A stretch of 64,000 bases of DNA from Candidatus Daviesbacteria bacterium (lineage in GTDB: Bacteria; Patescibacteriota; Microgenomatia; Daviesbacterales; UBA10151): positions 602,763-666,762 of the forward strand of contig JACPDA010000004.1 of assembly GCA_016184225.1 (NCBI GenBank). Reading direction: 5' to 3'. The notes below the pieces were generated by a model. It saw nothing but the letters and a program-made list of their open reading frames with translations, searched no databases and had not been told where the DNA came from. The position numbers were made by a program, and so were the translations under genes. Below, in pieces: positions 8,611 through 18,489 of this stretch; the stretch's first letter is position 1, and each line of letters begins with the position of its first letter.

Positions 8611-10446
8611 ATGAAGATTGATAAATTAAGCAAATTGGCAAAATTGTTAAGGTATTATATCCTGGTGTCTTCTTCCAGAGCCGGTTCAGGGCATCCGACT
8701 TCATCCTTGTCAGCTGTAGAGTTAATGGGGACACTGCTTTTTGGGGGCTTTTTTAGGTTTGACCTGAAAAACAAAAATAACCCCCTTAATGACCGGTTAA
8801 TCTTTTCCAAAGGCCATGCCTCTCCCCTTTATTATTCCCTTTTCACGGCGGCAGGTGCCATTACCAAAGCAGAACTCATGACTCTCCGGAAATTCGGCAG
8901 CAGATTAGAAGGCCACCCGACCATGGAATTTCCTTACACAGAGGTGCCAACAGGTTCCTTAGGCCAGGGTTTGTCAGCCGGTTTAGGCATGGCTTTGGTC
9001 AGCAAATACCTGGATAAAAGTAATTTCCGGACTTTTGTGCTCTTGGGGGATTCTGAAATGGCAGAAGGGTCTGTCTGGGAAGCTATACAGATAGCTGCTT
9101 TTTACAAGCTGGATAATTTAGTGGCCATCCTGGACGTAAACAGACTGGGACAAAGCCGGGAAACCATGCTCGGCCATGATGTTTCAAGCTACAAAAAAAA
9201 GCTGGAAGCCTTTGATTGGGAAGCAATTGTTATTGACGGCAATGACCTAAAACAGGTGACGGCGGCTTTTGAGAAAGCCTTAAAAGTGAAGGGTAAGCCG
9301 GTAATGATTATTGCCAAAACCTTTAAAGGCAGTGGTATATCATTTTTGGAAAATAAGGAAAACTGGCACGGCAAAGCCCTGGGTGAAAAGGATCTGAGTC
9401 TGGCATTGGGAGAATTGGGCCCGATAAATAAAAAGCTGCGCGGAAAAATTAATTTGCCCCGAAAGGCAGCTCTGAAAAAACAACCTGTCACCTATAACCT
9501 GAAACCTGTAACCTATTCCTTGGGCGAAACCATTGCCACCAGAAAAGCTTATGGTAATGCCCTAATTAGGCTGTTTCCCAAATACCCTGATATGGTAGTC
9601 CTGGACGGGGAAACCAGCAATTCTACTTACTCGGAATTTTTTGCCAAGGCGTATCCTGAGCATTTTTTTGAGATGTTTATTGCCGAACAAAACATGACCG
9701 GGGTGGCTCTTGGCCTGGCCAGGCTGGGTAAAATTCCCTTTATTTCCACTTTTGCCGCCTTTTTTACCAGAGCATATGATCAGATCAGAATGGCCCAATA
9801 TGCTGATACCAATATCAAGTTTTGCGGATCCCATGCCGGAGTATCTATCGGTGAGGACGGTTCCTCCCAAATGGGATTGGAGGATATCGGAATGTTCCGA
9901 TCGCTTTTGGGGAGCGTGGTGTTATACCCTGCTGATGCTGTATCCTGCGAAAAGCTGACTGAGGAAGCTATCAAGCATAAAGGAGTGGTTTATTTGAGAA
10001 CCACCAGGAAAGAAACACCGACTCTTTATAAAGCCAATGAAAAATTCCCCATAGGAGGCAGCAAGGTGGTTCGCAAAAGTAAGTCAGATCAGGTGACAGT
10101 GGTAGGGGCCGGCATTACGCTGCATGAAGCCTTAAAAGCCTATGACCTACTGAAAGCTAAAGGTATCTCCATCCGGGTCATTGATTTGTATTCTGTTGCC
10201 CCACTGGATTTAAAAACTTTAAAGCAGGCTGCTAAGGAAACAATGGCTGTTATTACTGTTGAAGATCATCATGCGGCAGGGGGAATAGGGGAAGCTGTGG
10301 CAGCTGCGCTGTCAGGAACAGGAAAGCCGGTACACATTATGGCAGTTACCAAAATGCCGCATAGCGGCAAGCCGGATGAGCTGCTGGAATATGAAGGTAT
10401 CTCTGCATCAGCTATTTACTCTAAAGTAAAAAAAGTGATAGTGTAA
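8611..10446 (+). CDS. tkt: transketolase
   Basis: Thiamine-diphosphate motifs (SSRAGSGHPTSSLS, GDSEMAEG) and pyrimidine-binding and C-terminal domains. ATG at 8611 follows the gdh stop directly; the longer ORF from 8509 overlaps gdh. Confidence 0.85.
   Translation: MKIDKLSKLAKLLRYYILVSSSRAGSGHPTSSLSAVELMGTLLFGGFFRFDLKNKNNPLNDRLIFSKGHASPLYYSLFTAAGAITKAELMTLRKFGSRLEGHPTMEFPYTEVPTGSLGQGLSAGLGMALVSKYLDKSNFRTFVLLGDSEMAEGSVWEAIQIAAFYKLDNLVAILDVNRLGQSRETMLGHDVSSYKKKLEAFDWEAIVIDGNDLKQVTAAFEKALKVKGKPVMIIAKTFKGSGISFLENKENWHGKALGEKDLSLALGELGPINKKLRGKINLPRKAALKKQPVTYNLKPVTYSLGETIATRKAYGNALIRLFPKYPDMVVLDGETSNSTYSEFFAKAYPEHFFEMFIAEQNMTGVALGLARLGKIPFISTFAAFFTRAYDQIRMAQYADTNIKFCGSHAGVSIGEDGSSQMGLEDIGMFRSLLGSVVLYPADAVSCEKLTEEAIKHKGVVYLRTTRKETPTLYKANEKFPIGGSKVVRKSKSDQVTVVGAGITLHEALKAYDLLKAKGISIRVIDLYSVAPLDLKTLKQAAKETMAVITVEDHHAAGGIGEAVAAALSGTGKPVHIMAVTKMPHSGKPDELLEYEGISASAIYSKVKKVIV
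9484..9518 (+). repeat. 5 tandem heptamers CCTGTAA-like, in frame in tkt
   Basis: cctgtca cctataa cctgaaa cctgtaa cctattc. Encodes the tandem 7-aa repeat QPVTYNL KPVTYSL. Confidence 0.7.
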
Positions 10447-10451
10447 TTTGC

Positions 10452-11321
10452 ATGCGTCCGGCTAACTTAAAAACCAAAATCTTTTTAGACTCCGGGGACG
10501 TCAATGAAACCAAAGAAATTATCAGTGCCTTAGGATTCCTGGACGGTCAGACTACTAATCCTACTTTAATTGCCAAAAATCCTGATGCCCAAAAGCGATT
10601 GGCAGAAGGTAATAAATTCTCAGCTGAGGAGATCATGAGCTTTTATAAATCAGTGGTCAGTGAAGTCTCAAACCTAATTCCGGAAGGCTCAGTTTCCGTT
10701 GAAGTTTATGCTGATAAAACATCTACGGCAGATGATCTGTTTGAGCAGGGTAGGGAAATGTTCCGCTGGATACCTAATGCCCACATTAAATACCCCATCA
10801 CTAAAACCGGGTTGGAAGCTGCCAGCCGTTCAGCAACTGAGGGTATGAGAGTAAACATGACACTGTGTTTTGCTCAGGAGCAGGCAGCTGCGATTTATGC
10901 CGCAACCTATGGGGCTAAAAAGGGCGGGGTGTTTGTATCTCCTTTTGTCGGCCGGCTGGATGATAAAGGCTTAAACGGTATGGATTTGATCAAAAACATT
11001 ACTATAATGTATGGCGCCGGAGATGGACATGCTCAAGTGCTTGCCGCTAGCATACGCAATCTGGATCACTTATTATATTGTCTTCAGCTTAAATGCGATC
11101 TTATTACAGCGCCCTTTAAGGTTTTAAAAGAATGGGCCGAAACAGGCATGAAAATGCCCGGGAATGATTATATTTACCCATCGCATAGTCTTGCACCGAT
11201 TGAATATCAGGAAATAAACCTGGACAAACCCTGGCAGGAATACAATATTACCCATGAAATGACTGATGCCGGAATTGACCGCTTTGCCGCTGATTGGAAT
11301 AGCCTGATTAAAGCTCAATAA
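10452..11321 (+). CDS. tal: transaldolase / fructose-6-phosphate aldolase family
   Basis: IFLDSGD start, Schiff-base lysine region and TIM-barrel pattern of short transaldolases. Confidence 0.75.
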   Translation: MRPANLKTKIFLDSGDVNETKEIISALGFLDGQTTNPTLIAKNPDAQKRLAEGNKFSAEEIMSFYKSVVSEVSNLIPEGSVSVEVYADKTSTADDLFEQGREMFRWIPNAHIKYPITKTGLEAASRSATEGMRVNMTLCFAQEQAAAIYAATYGAKKGGVFVSPFVGRLDDKGLNGMDLIKNITIMYGAGDGHAQVLAASIRNLDHLLYCLQLKCDLITAPFKVLKEWAETGMKMPGNDYIYPSHSLAPIEYQEINLDKPWQEYNITHEMTDAGIDRFAADWNSLIKAQ

Positions 11322-12033
11322 CTAGGTTATCATCTGCAGCTACCGCATCGGGGAATATTTTTTTTGCTTCATTTTCTGCCCACTTTCTTTTTTCCGGATC
11401 GGTATATTTAGATGCATCAAAATGGGTCAGGATCAACTTTTTCACGCCGGCTTCCTTTGCCAAAGTTGCAGCCAGTGGCGGGTCAACATGTCCCCAGTTA
11501 TCTGATACTTCCATATATGAACATTCGTGAATCAATATATCGGCATTTTGAGCAAGCAGCCTGGAATTGTCACAAATTCCGGTATCGCCGGAATAAGCAA
11601 TTACTTTTCCCTCTAATGTTACCCTGAAACCATGGTTTTCGTTATTATGACGCATCTTCAGTATTTCTACAGGAAACCCAACTTCATGCTTTCCTTCTTC
11701 AAGCTCATGGATTGCAATTTTAATATCAGGGTTTGTATAGGGAGCATTCACCAATGTTTCAAGATCCTTTCTTCTTCCTTTAGCTATGTAAATATTAATA
11801 GGTTGAACGAACTTAAATTTTGATAGCATATGCAGTCCTGAAATATGATCTAAATGGAAATGAGATATAAAAAGTGAAATGGGTTTATCTTCTTTAATAA
11901 ATTGATCAATTTTATAAAATCCGTTTCCTGCATCAAAAATCACGTATCCTTCCTGACTGTCAATTAAAATGCAGGGTGTGTTACCGGTGGAAGTTGTATA
12001 CCAGCCATTTGTTCCCAGAAAATAGATTTTCAT
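11308..12033 (-). CDS. MBL-fold metallo-hydrolase
   Basis: HFHLDHISG (HxHxDH) metallo-beta-lactamase motif. Confidence 0.65.
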   Translation of the reverse strand: MKIYFLGTNGWYTTSTGNTPCILIDSQEGYVIFDAGNGFYKIDQFIKEDKPISLFISHFHLDHISGLHMLSKFKFVQPINIYIAKGRRKDLETLVNAPYTNPDIKIAIHELEEGKHEVGFPVEILKMRHNNENHGFRVTLEGKVIAYSGDTGICDNSRLLAQNADILIHECSYMEVSDNWGHVDPPLAATLAKEAGVKKLILTHFDASKYTDPEKRKWAENEAKKIFPDAVAADDNLVIEL

Positions 12034-12085
12034 AGTTTGAAACAGTTACAAAATACCATTTTTTTTATCCTTAGTCTATGGTAGT

Positions 12086-12532
12086 ATGATAAACGTGTCT
12101 GATTCCTCACAGTTTGATAAATCCAAGTTTACTAACCTGCCGTATATAAAAAAAGTAGAAAAACCCTGGGGATATGAATTGCATTGGGTACCGGAAGACA
12201 GGCCTTATATGGGGAAGATTGAACATCTTAATGCCGGGGCCAGGATATCCTTGCAACTACACGATAAAAAGCAGGAAAGCTGGTTTTTAATGAATGGGCA
12301 GGCTAAGGTTATTTGGGAAAATTCAGCAGGGGAATTGATTGAAACAATTATGGAGCCGGGACAAGGTTATAGCTTAGAAATTGGCCAGAAGCATCGGCTG
12401 GCCGGCATTACTGATTGTGATATTATAGAAGTCTCCACTCCGGAGATGGGAACCACAGAAAGGCTGGAAGATGATTACAGCCGGCCTGATGAAACACCGG
12501 AACAGAGAAAAAAAGAACGGGGAGAAAATTAG
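12086..12532 (+). CDS. cupin-domain protein (mannose-6-phosphate isomerase type II C-terminal-like)
   Basis: ISLQLHDKKQESWFLMNG resembles the PMI type II cupin motif ISLQ.HHHR.EHW. Confidence 0.5.
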   Translation: MINVSDSSQFDKSKFTNLPYIKKVEKPWGYELHWVPEDRPYMGKIEHLNAGARISLQLHDKKQESWFLMNGQAKVIWENSAGELIETIMEPGQGYSLEIGQKHRLAGITDCDIIEVSTPEMGTTERLEDDYSRPDETPEQRKKERGEN

Positions 12533-12535
12533 ATT

Positions 12536-13144
12536 ATGTTAAAGCCATATGCTCCGAGACTCCATGAAATGATGAAGGAGGTGCTGATGTATCCCGATGC
12601 TCCCGGCCCGGAAATTCACTACTACATGATCCGTGGCGGTAAGGATAAAACTAATATTACTGTTTGGGAAACGGGCACTGTAGGTGGGGAATATATTAAG
12701 ACCTATGGTCATTATCATGTGGGACAACTTGATGAAACGTATCACCTGGCCGCAGGAGAAGGAATTGTCGTATTGCAAAAAAGAAAACTGGATTCAAACG
12801 GGAATCCGGTTGATGATGAAATAGAATCATTTTATGCTATCCCAGTTAAACCAGGGGATAGTATATTTATTCCTTCCGGCACAGGCCATTTGGTAGTAAA
12901 TACCGGAAAAGCCTGGATGGTGACATATGATGACAGCCCGGTAAACTTTGAAGAGGTTGACCCGGTTTCTTTACCCGGCCATGCTGATTATGAAGCTGTT
13001 AAAAAGATGCATGGTTTTGCATATTATGTGGTAGAAAAAGACGGCAAACCAGAATTGGTTAAAAATGAAAAATATAAAGTAGTCCCGGAGCCGCAGTGGC
13101 TTACCCCCTCCGAATACGCCCAAAAGCTAGGCCTAGGAAGGTAA
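12536..13144 (+). CDS. pgiA: cupin-type phosphoglucose isomerase (archaeal-type cPGI)
   Basis: TYGHYH, ETYHLAAGEG, KPGDSIFIPSGTGHLVVNTG, GHADY and C-terminal KVVPEPQW align with Pyrococcus/Thermococcus cupin PGI (TKGHFH, EPGTVVYVPPYWAHRTVN, GHDY, KVVDNPRW). Confidence 0.7.
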   Translation: MLKPYAPRLHEMMKEVLMYPDAPGPEIHYYMIRGGKDKTNITVWETGTVGGEYIKTYGHYHVGQLDETYHLAAGEGIVVLQKRKLDSNGNPVDDEIESFYAIPVKPGDSIFIPSGTGHLVVNTGKAWMVTYDDSPVNFEEVDPVSLPGHADYEAVKKMHGFAYYVVEKDGKPELVKNEKYKVVPEPQWLTPSEYAQKLGLGR

Positions 13145-13156
13145 AACTGAAGGATT

Positions 13157-13192
13157 ATACCGGATCGCAAAGCTATTCCGATCCCGGATCGG
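13157..13192. terminator. hairpin between convergent pgiA and gmk
   Basis: CCGGATCG followed by an 11-nt loop then CGATCCCGG. No strong U-run on either strand. Confidence 0.3.
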
Positions 13193-13204
13193 GGGATTCT
13201 TAGC

Positions 13205-13786
13205 CTAAACGGAATGACCGGGACGTATGATCTGGATAATTTTGTTAATTGTTTGATTTAACTGCCCAGGTACATTTTTAACCACAAAGTCGTAACTATC
13301 TTTATATTCTTCCCACAGCTTTTGATCTTCCGACATCCTTTTATTGATATCTTCCTGACTGAAACCTCTTTTTCGGAGTCTTTCCAGGACCACTGAGTCA
13401 TCAACAGTCAAGTAGATAACCAACACTCGTGAATCAATTAGTTCCCTAATCTTACCGGCCCTGGATGGGTCTATTTTCCAGATTAGATCCTGATTAGCAT
13501 CCATTAGTTGGGTTTTCTCCGTGCCGTAGAAATTGCCCCCGTATTCTACGTACTCGATAAAATTACCTCTCTCAATTTTTTGTTTAAAATCCTCCCTGGA
13601 GATAAAAAAGTAATCAACCCCGCTTTGTTCACCGTCTCTTGGAGGTCGAGAGGTAGTTGTCACCACCTTTTTAAAACCAGGCAGCAGGGACAGTAGTTTT
13701 GAAATGACAGTATCTTTGCCTGAAGCTGTTTTTCCGGTAAGAATAATGAGCATAGAATAATTAATCACGGGATGTATTTTTATCAA
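13205..13786 (-). CDS. gmk: guanylate kinase
   Basis: P-loop ILTGKTASGKDT, TTRPPRDGE and DYFFIS motifs. The true start is probably the internal M (MLIILTG) at 13753. Confidence 0.75.
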   Translation of the reverse strand: MIKIHPVINYSMLIILTGKTASGKDTVISKLLSLLPGFKKVVTTTSRPPRDGEQSGVDYFFISREDFKQKIERGNFIEYVEYGGNFYGTEKTQLMDANQDLIWKIDPSRAGKIRELIDSRVLVIYLTVDDSVVLERLRKRGFSQEDINKRMSEDQKLWEEYKDSYDFVVKNVPGQLNQTINKIIQIIRPGHSV

Positions 13787-14132
13787 GGGCGATCAGCTTT
13801 TCAAGGGAAAAATTTTTGTAAATGATTTTACGATGTTGGCTTGGAACTGTTAACCCATGGATAATTCCACCCAGCAGTATTCCTTTGGTAACAATATAAT
13901 CTACTATTCCCAATGAAATAAAAAAAGACAATCCCAATATAATAGAAAAGGAGACCCAGTGATGCAAATGTATCACCCTGCCAAATATTTTAAACCGAAG
14001 AACCGGAAAAATTTGGACTCTGCCAGTTTTAATGTTGGGCATCTTCCTCCTGATGCGGGCTGTCGGGTGAGTGGTGACTCTAAGCGTTAAATATCCAAGG
14101 GCCGTGGCCGGTATAAGAGATAGATATTCCAT
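13761..14132 (-). CDS. hypothetical small membrane protein
   Basis: 123-aa ORF with two hydrophobic helices. Overlaps the gmk N-terminal extension, so it may be spurious. Confidence 0.3.
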   Translation of the reverse strand: MEYLSLIPATALGYLTLRVTTHPTARIRRKMPNIKTGRVQIFPVLRFKIFGRVIHLHHWVSFSIILGLSFFISLGIVDYIVTKGILLGGIIHGLTVPSQHRKIIYKNFSLEKLIALDKNTSRD

Positions 14133-14222
14133 ATAATATGAACCTATTTTATTCTATTAGAACCTATCTACAAATGCAAATTACCCTATTTCTAGGCTGG
14201 CTTGTAGTGGTATAATATAAGT

Positions 14223-14459
14223 ATGATTAATCAGGAAACCTTGAATACTTTGCTGATCGTAGGATTTCTAGTTATCACTGTTTGTATTGCCTTCGTCGCT
14301 TATTACCTGGTAAAAACCCTAAAATCTATTATAAATCTTACTGAATCTCTGGCGGAAACCTCCGATAATATAAAAGAAAAATTACAAATGAAGTTTTTGG
14401 CAGCAATTCCTGCCCTTTTGGTAGCCTTAGTTGGTAGATTTATAAAAAGAAGGAGGTGA
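14223..14459 (+). CDS. small membrane protein
   Basis: 78-aa ORF with a single TM helix and a basic C-terminus. Confidence 0.35.
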   Translation: MINQETLNTLLIVGFLVITVCIAFVAYYLVKTLKSIINLTESLAETSDNIKEKLQMKFLAAIPALLVALVGRFIKRRR

Positions 14460-14463
14460 TTTT

Positions 14464-14718
14464 ATGGCTAATGAGAAAAAAGGCTTAAATCCCTTGGCAA
14501 CAGGTGTGGCCGGGGCTATTATTGGAGCGGCGGCTGCCGCTGCGGCAATAGCGCTGTCAGATGAGAAAAACAGAAAAAAAGTTGAAGGTGTTTTAGGAAG
14601 CCTGCAAAAACAAGGAGATAGCGTCTTAAAGGAAATTACTAAAAAGGCAATGGAGCTCAAAGACGCGGTGGGTAAGAATGCCAGGGGAGTTAGAAAATTA
14701 AGCGGCAAAAAGAAGTAA
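14464..14718 (+). CDS. YtxH-like small stress protein (glycine-zipper TM plus coiled coil)
   Basis: GAIIGAAAAAAAIALS glycine-zipper helix followed by a charged helical tail. AGGAGG Shine-Dalgarno upstream. Confidence 0.4.
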   Translation: MANEKKGLNPLATGVAGAIIGAAAAAAAIALSDEKNRKKVEGVLGSLQKQGDSVLKEITKKAMELKDAVGKNARGVRKLSGKKK

Positions 14719-15714
14719 AGTGGCTCGGATTAATTCATCCAGGGATTTGGTTTTCATTAATCTTTCCCGGTTTTCGGATGCGTTGCTGTAGTTGTTGATA
14801 TAACATTTAACAAACTTTTTCATCAGTTCAAAATGTTTGCTGTCACCCCAAGTCTTTTTAAAAAGATTGAGGTGATTAATTAGTAAATCTACTCTTTGTT
14901 GTGGGGTAACCTTTTCAATATCAACAGCGTCGTTAAACAGCCAGATATTGTTAAAGATTCCCCGGCCAATCATCACTCCGTCAATGCCGTATTTTTTACA
15001 CTTATCACTGGCTTCTTTGCGGCTTTTTACATCCCCGTTGCCTATGATTAAGGCTTTGGATTTAAGCTTGTTGCGGATTTCCACTGCTTTGCTGATTTCT
15101 TCCCAATGAGCCGGGACTTTGGACATCTCCCGGGTTGTCCGAAGGTGTAAAATTAAAGCTGAAATAGGAGTTTGGAGCAGGGTAGTTACCCAGTTCTCAG
15201 TGTCCAAACTACCAAAGCCAATCCTGGTTTTAACGCTAACAGGAAGATTATTGGCTCCCCTGATGGTGGCTTCAATAATTTCTGTGGCCAGCTCAGGGTT
15301 TTTAATTAAGGCAGCACAAGCCCCTTTTTTAATGGTATTTCTGTCCGGACAGCCCATATTGATATCAATACCGTCAAATTTCATTTTCTGAAGCATTTGA
15401 GCCACCTGATAGAATTTCTCCGGATCAGTTCCCCAAATTTGGGCTACAATCGGCCGCTCTACTTCTGTAAACTTTAAAGATCGTAAAATTTTCTCGTGAC
15501 CCGAAGAGAGCAGGGCATCAACCGGCACAAATTCGGTGAAGAACACATGAGGTTTACCCCGCCCGCTACGCAAGCCAGCTTGCTGGCGTTGCGGGCAGGC
15601 CACAGACACCACAATTTGTCTAAAGACAGTATCAGTGACTCCTTCCATAGGAGCCAGGATAAAAATAGGTTTTTGTAACTTCCCCCAAAAATTCATTGTT
15701 AAATTATACAGCAA
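14698..15714 (-). CDS. dus: tRNA-dihydrouridine synthase
   Basis: LAPMEGVTDTVFR, the catalytic Cys region (INMGCP) and TIM-barrel Dus pattern. Confidence 0.8.
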   Translation of the reverse strand: MLYNLTMNFWGKLQKPIFILAPMEGVTDTVFRQIVVSVACPQRQQAGLRSGRGKPHVFFTEFVPVDALLSSGHEKILRSLKFTEVERPIVAQIWGTDPEKFYQVAQMLQKMKFDGIDINMGCPDRNTIKKGACAALIKNPELATEIIEATIRGANNLPVSVKTRIGFGSLDTENWVTTLLQTPISALILHLRTTREMSKVPAHWEEISKAVEIRNKLKSKALIIGNGDVKSRKEASDKCKKYGIDGVMIGRGIFNNIWLFNDAVDIEKVTPQQRVDLLINHLNLFKKTWGDSKHFELMKKFVKCYINNYSNASENRERLMKTKSLDELIRATLLLFAA

Positions 15715-15930
15715 CCTATAGCGATTTGCTTTTCTTAAGGAGATGTGTTAGACTAATAGCAGTTGATTTAGAATTTGAGCTATCGGATATTTTTTCTTCA
15801 TTGATTAGATCTTCTTAAGTAGCTCCCTACTAATTTACAAATATTAGTTTTTTCTTTTTCAATTTATTTTATTGTTCTTCTTCATCCTTTTTTTAAATCG
15901 TGATGAAGGAGAACTCATTTTTAAAATTAT

Positions 15931-17205
15931 ATGTACAACGGAAACAGGTATAAAAGACGGACATCAATCCGCAGAAGCGGCTTTAATGGTGGATTCGGAA
16001 GACCCTCTTCAAGAGGTAGATTCAGCAATTCCAGGAGTTTTTCAGGAAGCAGAGGCGGTCAGAGAAGAAGCCAGCCCCGATTAAATCGGAGCCAGCTGGA
16101 AGGTGCAAACATTAATATGTTTATCCGCAAAGCTGCTGAAATTGTTGCAGAAGAATCTCAGGAGGAAATACAAAACTTCGAAGGCTTTAATCTACACGCT
16201 GCATTAAAACAAAATATTTCCGGCCTCGATTACACAAAACCTACTCCTGTCCAATCTCAATCAATAGGACCTATTTTAGAAGGCCGGGACGTTATCGGAC
16301 TAGCCTCTACCGGTACAGGTAAAACAGCGGCTTTTCTAATTCCCCTGATTCAAAAAATCTTCCTGAATAGAAACCAAAAAGCCTTAATTATTGTTCCAAC
16401 CAGGGAGCTGGCTTTACAGATCAATGAAGAATTTCGGGCTTTAAGCCGGAATATGAATCTTTATTCAGCATTTATAATCGGCGGGACAAGTATGTATAGG
16501 CAAATTCAGGATTTAAGGCGGCACCCGCATTTAGTAATTGCTACACCGGGACGTTTAAAAGACCTGATTGAGCGGAAAAACATATATTTGGAAGATTATT
16601 CCCACATTGTCCTGGATGAAGTGGATTTAATGGTAGATATCGGGTTTGTTAATGATGTGAAATTTTTTGTTTCCTTAATGCCGAAGATAAGACAATCCCT
16701 TTTCTTTTCTGCCACAATTTCACCTAGAATCCAGGATATTCTGCGTAGCTTTGTAACCAATCCTGTAACCGTGTCTGTCAAAAAACAAGATACTTCTGAA
16801 AATGTTGACCAAGACGTTATCAGGGTAGCAAGCTCTGATAAAAAAATTGACCAGTTGCATGATCTGCTGATCAAGGACGGTTTTGACAAGGTCTTGATAT
16901 TCGGCAGGACCAAGCATGGAATTGAAAAACTTAATCGGGAGCTGGAATTCCGGGGTTTTAAAGTGGGGGCAATTCACGGCAATAAAAGGCAAAGCCAAAG
17001 GCAGCGGGTGCTGGCGAGTTTTAAACAAAATCAAATACAGGTCCTTTTGGCCACAGATGTGGCTTCCCGGGGTTTAGACATAGATAATGTTACTCATGTT
17101 ATCAACTACGATCTTCCTCAAACTTATGATGATTATATTCACAGAATAGGCAGAACAGGCAGAGCCGGCAAAACAGGCTTTGCGCTAACTTTCGTCAACA
17201 ATTAA
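15931..17205 (+). CDS. DEAD-box ATP-dependent RNA helicase with N-terminal RGG/RS-rich extension
   Basis: Q motif, TGTGKT, PTRELA, DEVD, SAT and HRIGRTGRAG. About 65 aa of Arg/Gly/Ser-rich N-terminal tail. Confidence 0.85.
   Translation: MYNGNRYKRRTSIRRSGFNGGFGRPSSRGRFSNSRSFSGSRGGQRRSQPRLNRSQLEGANINMFIRKAAEIVAEESQEEIQNFEGFNLHAALKQNISGLDYTKPTPVQSQSIGPILEGRDVIGLASTGTGKTAAFLIPLIQKIFLNRNQKALIIVPTRELALQINEEFRALSRNMNLYSAFIIGGTSMYRQIQDLRRHPHLVIATPGRLKDLIERKNIYLEDYSHIVLDEVDLMVDIGFVNDVKFFVSLMPKIRQSLFFSATISPRIQDILRSFVTNPVTVSVKKQDTSENVDQDVIRVASSDKKIDQLHDLLIKDGFDKVLIFGRTKHGIEKLNRELEFRGFKVGAIHGNKRQSQRQRVLASFKQNQIQVLLATDVASRGLDIDNVTHVINYDLPQTYDDYIHRIGRTGRAGKTGFALTFVNN
16075..16089. repeat. CCCCGATTAAATCGG palindrome, copy 2 of 5
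   Basis: Exact family member, in frame in the helicase N-terminal tail (encodes PRLNRS). Confidence 0.7.
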
Positions 17206-17213
17206 CTCTTCGT

Positions 17214-17693
17214 TTGTGTTATACTAAGCCAGTGCAAACCTCCTCCTTCTATGCAAGCGGATTCCTTTATAGCCTTAAAACTCACCAAATTCTCTTATTA
17301 AAACCCCAACAAACAGATAGCGCTGACTCTTTATGGTCCACTCTTGGAGGGGAAAGTGGTGAAGGGGAAGAAGCAGAAGTAACTTTCCAAAGGATTGTAA
17401 GCGAGTTATTGGATGTAAACCTTAAAACAAAAGATATTTATCCGGTCTATGATTATTTTCATGATACAAAGGATAAAATTAATTTTGTATTTTATGCTGA
17501 GGTGAAGAATTCTAAGGTATTTAACAACCATAATGATGATACTTTCTCGTGGGTGGCTTTTCATGAAGTATCTAAGCTCCCATTTACCACCCATTCTAAA
17601 CAGGATGTGATAGTTGGGGAGCGGGTTATCAATGCCAAATGGCGGGATGATGAAGCCAGAAAATTAGAATCCTTTCCTGAAACTACACTTTAA
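17214..17693 (+). CDS. hypothetical protein, possibly a degenerate Nudix fold
   Basis: GGESGEGEEAEVTFQRIVSELL resembles the Nudix box but lacks the REx2EE glutamates. Confidence 0.3.
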   Translation: MCYTKPVQTSSFYASGFLYSLKTHQILLLKPQQTDSADSLWSTLGGESGEGEEAEVTFQRIVSELLDVNLKTKDIYPVYDYFHDTKDKINFVFYAEVKNSKVFNNHNDDTFSWVAFHEVSKLPFTTHSKQDVIVGERVINAKWRDDEARKLESFPETTL

Positions 17694-17894
17694 AAGACCT
17701 AAGCTATGCTAAAATACTTCTGTGATAATTACAAAAGAGGTATTAGAATTTAGCTTCAAAATACGTTGGGGTGGTGTACCGTACGATGTTCGGACTTATT
17801 TTAGCCTCTGTCAACCCAAAGAATTAGAAATATATAGACATGTGTTTGGTTTAATGTAGTAGTATCTAAAATTTGTGTTATATTAGAATCAAAT

Positions 17895-18476
17895 ATGACA
17901 GAAGTAAAAGGAGGTGAGGGAGAAAAACCAAGGACTGATTTACAGGAATCCTTACATGTAACGTATCTGCCTGGATTCTCAACAGTAGGACATGGAACCT
18001 GGCTTGAGACTGCAAAAGAATCTCTTAAAACAGGTGTCCAGGCAAAAGTACCATTTATAGATACCACAGCAATTCCTTTATTTGATACGACAAAACCATA
18101 CGAAGCACAAATTGATGATGTTATTAAGTTACTTTCTGAATGGCCTCATTACAATTTACCGGCTATATCAATTATTATGCTTCCAAACCCGGATCCGGAT
18201 GAACCTGGAGGACACAGATACTTTGATGGATATTTTGAAGAACTACAAGGGGAAGACACGGGATACAATAACAGGTATGTAATTCCAGCTAGATATGTTA
18301 GGGGATACTTTGATGTGCAACAAAAGTTATTTGTAGAAAACCCTGATTTTAATCCGATAAAAAAGTCATACCCTCATCAAGCAAATATACCAATTAAGCC
18401 TAAAGCTCAAAAAGCAAATATTAGAGGATCTGAAGTGATAAGCATGAATCAATCTTCTGATGAAGATGTTTGGTAA
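17895..18476 (+). CDS. hypothetical protein
   Basis: 193-aa ORF with an AGGAGG Shine-Dalgarno. No recognised family. Confidence 0.35.
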   Translation: MTEVKGGEGEKPRTDLQESLHVTYLPGFSTVGHGTWLETAKESLKTGVQAKVPFIDTTAIPLFDTTKPYEAQIDDVIKLLSEWPHYNLPAISIIMLPNPDPDEPGGHRYFDGYFEELQGEDTGYNNRYVIPARYVRGYFDVQQKLFVENPDFNPIKKSYPHQANIPIKPKAQKANIRGSEVISMNQSSDEDVW

Positions 18477-18489
18477 TTTAGTATCCGTT

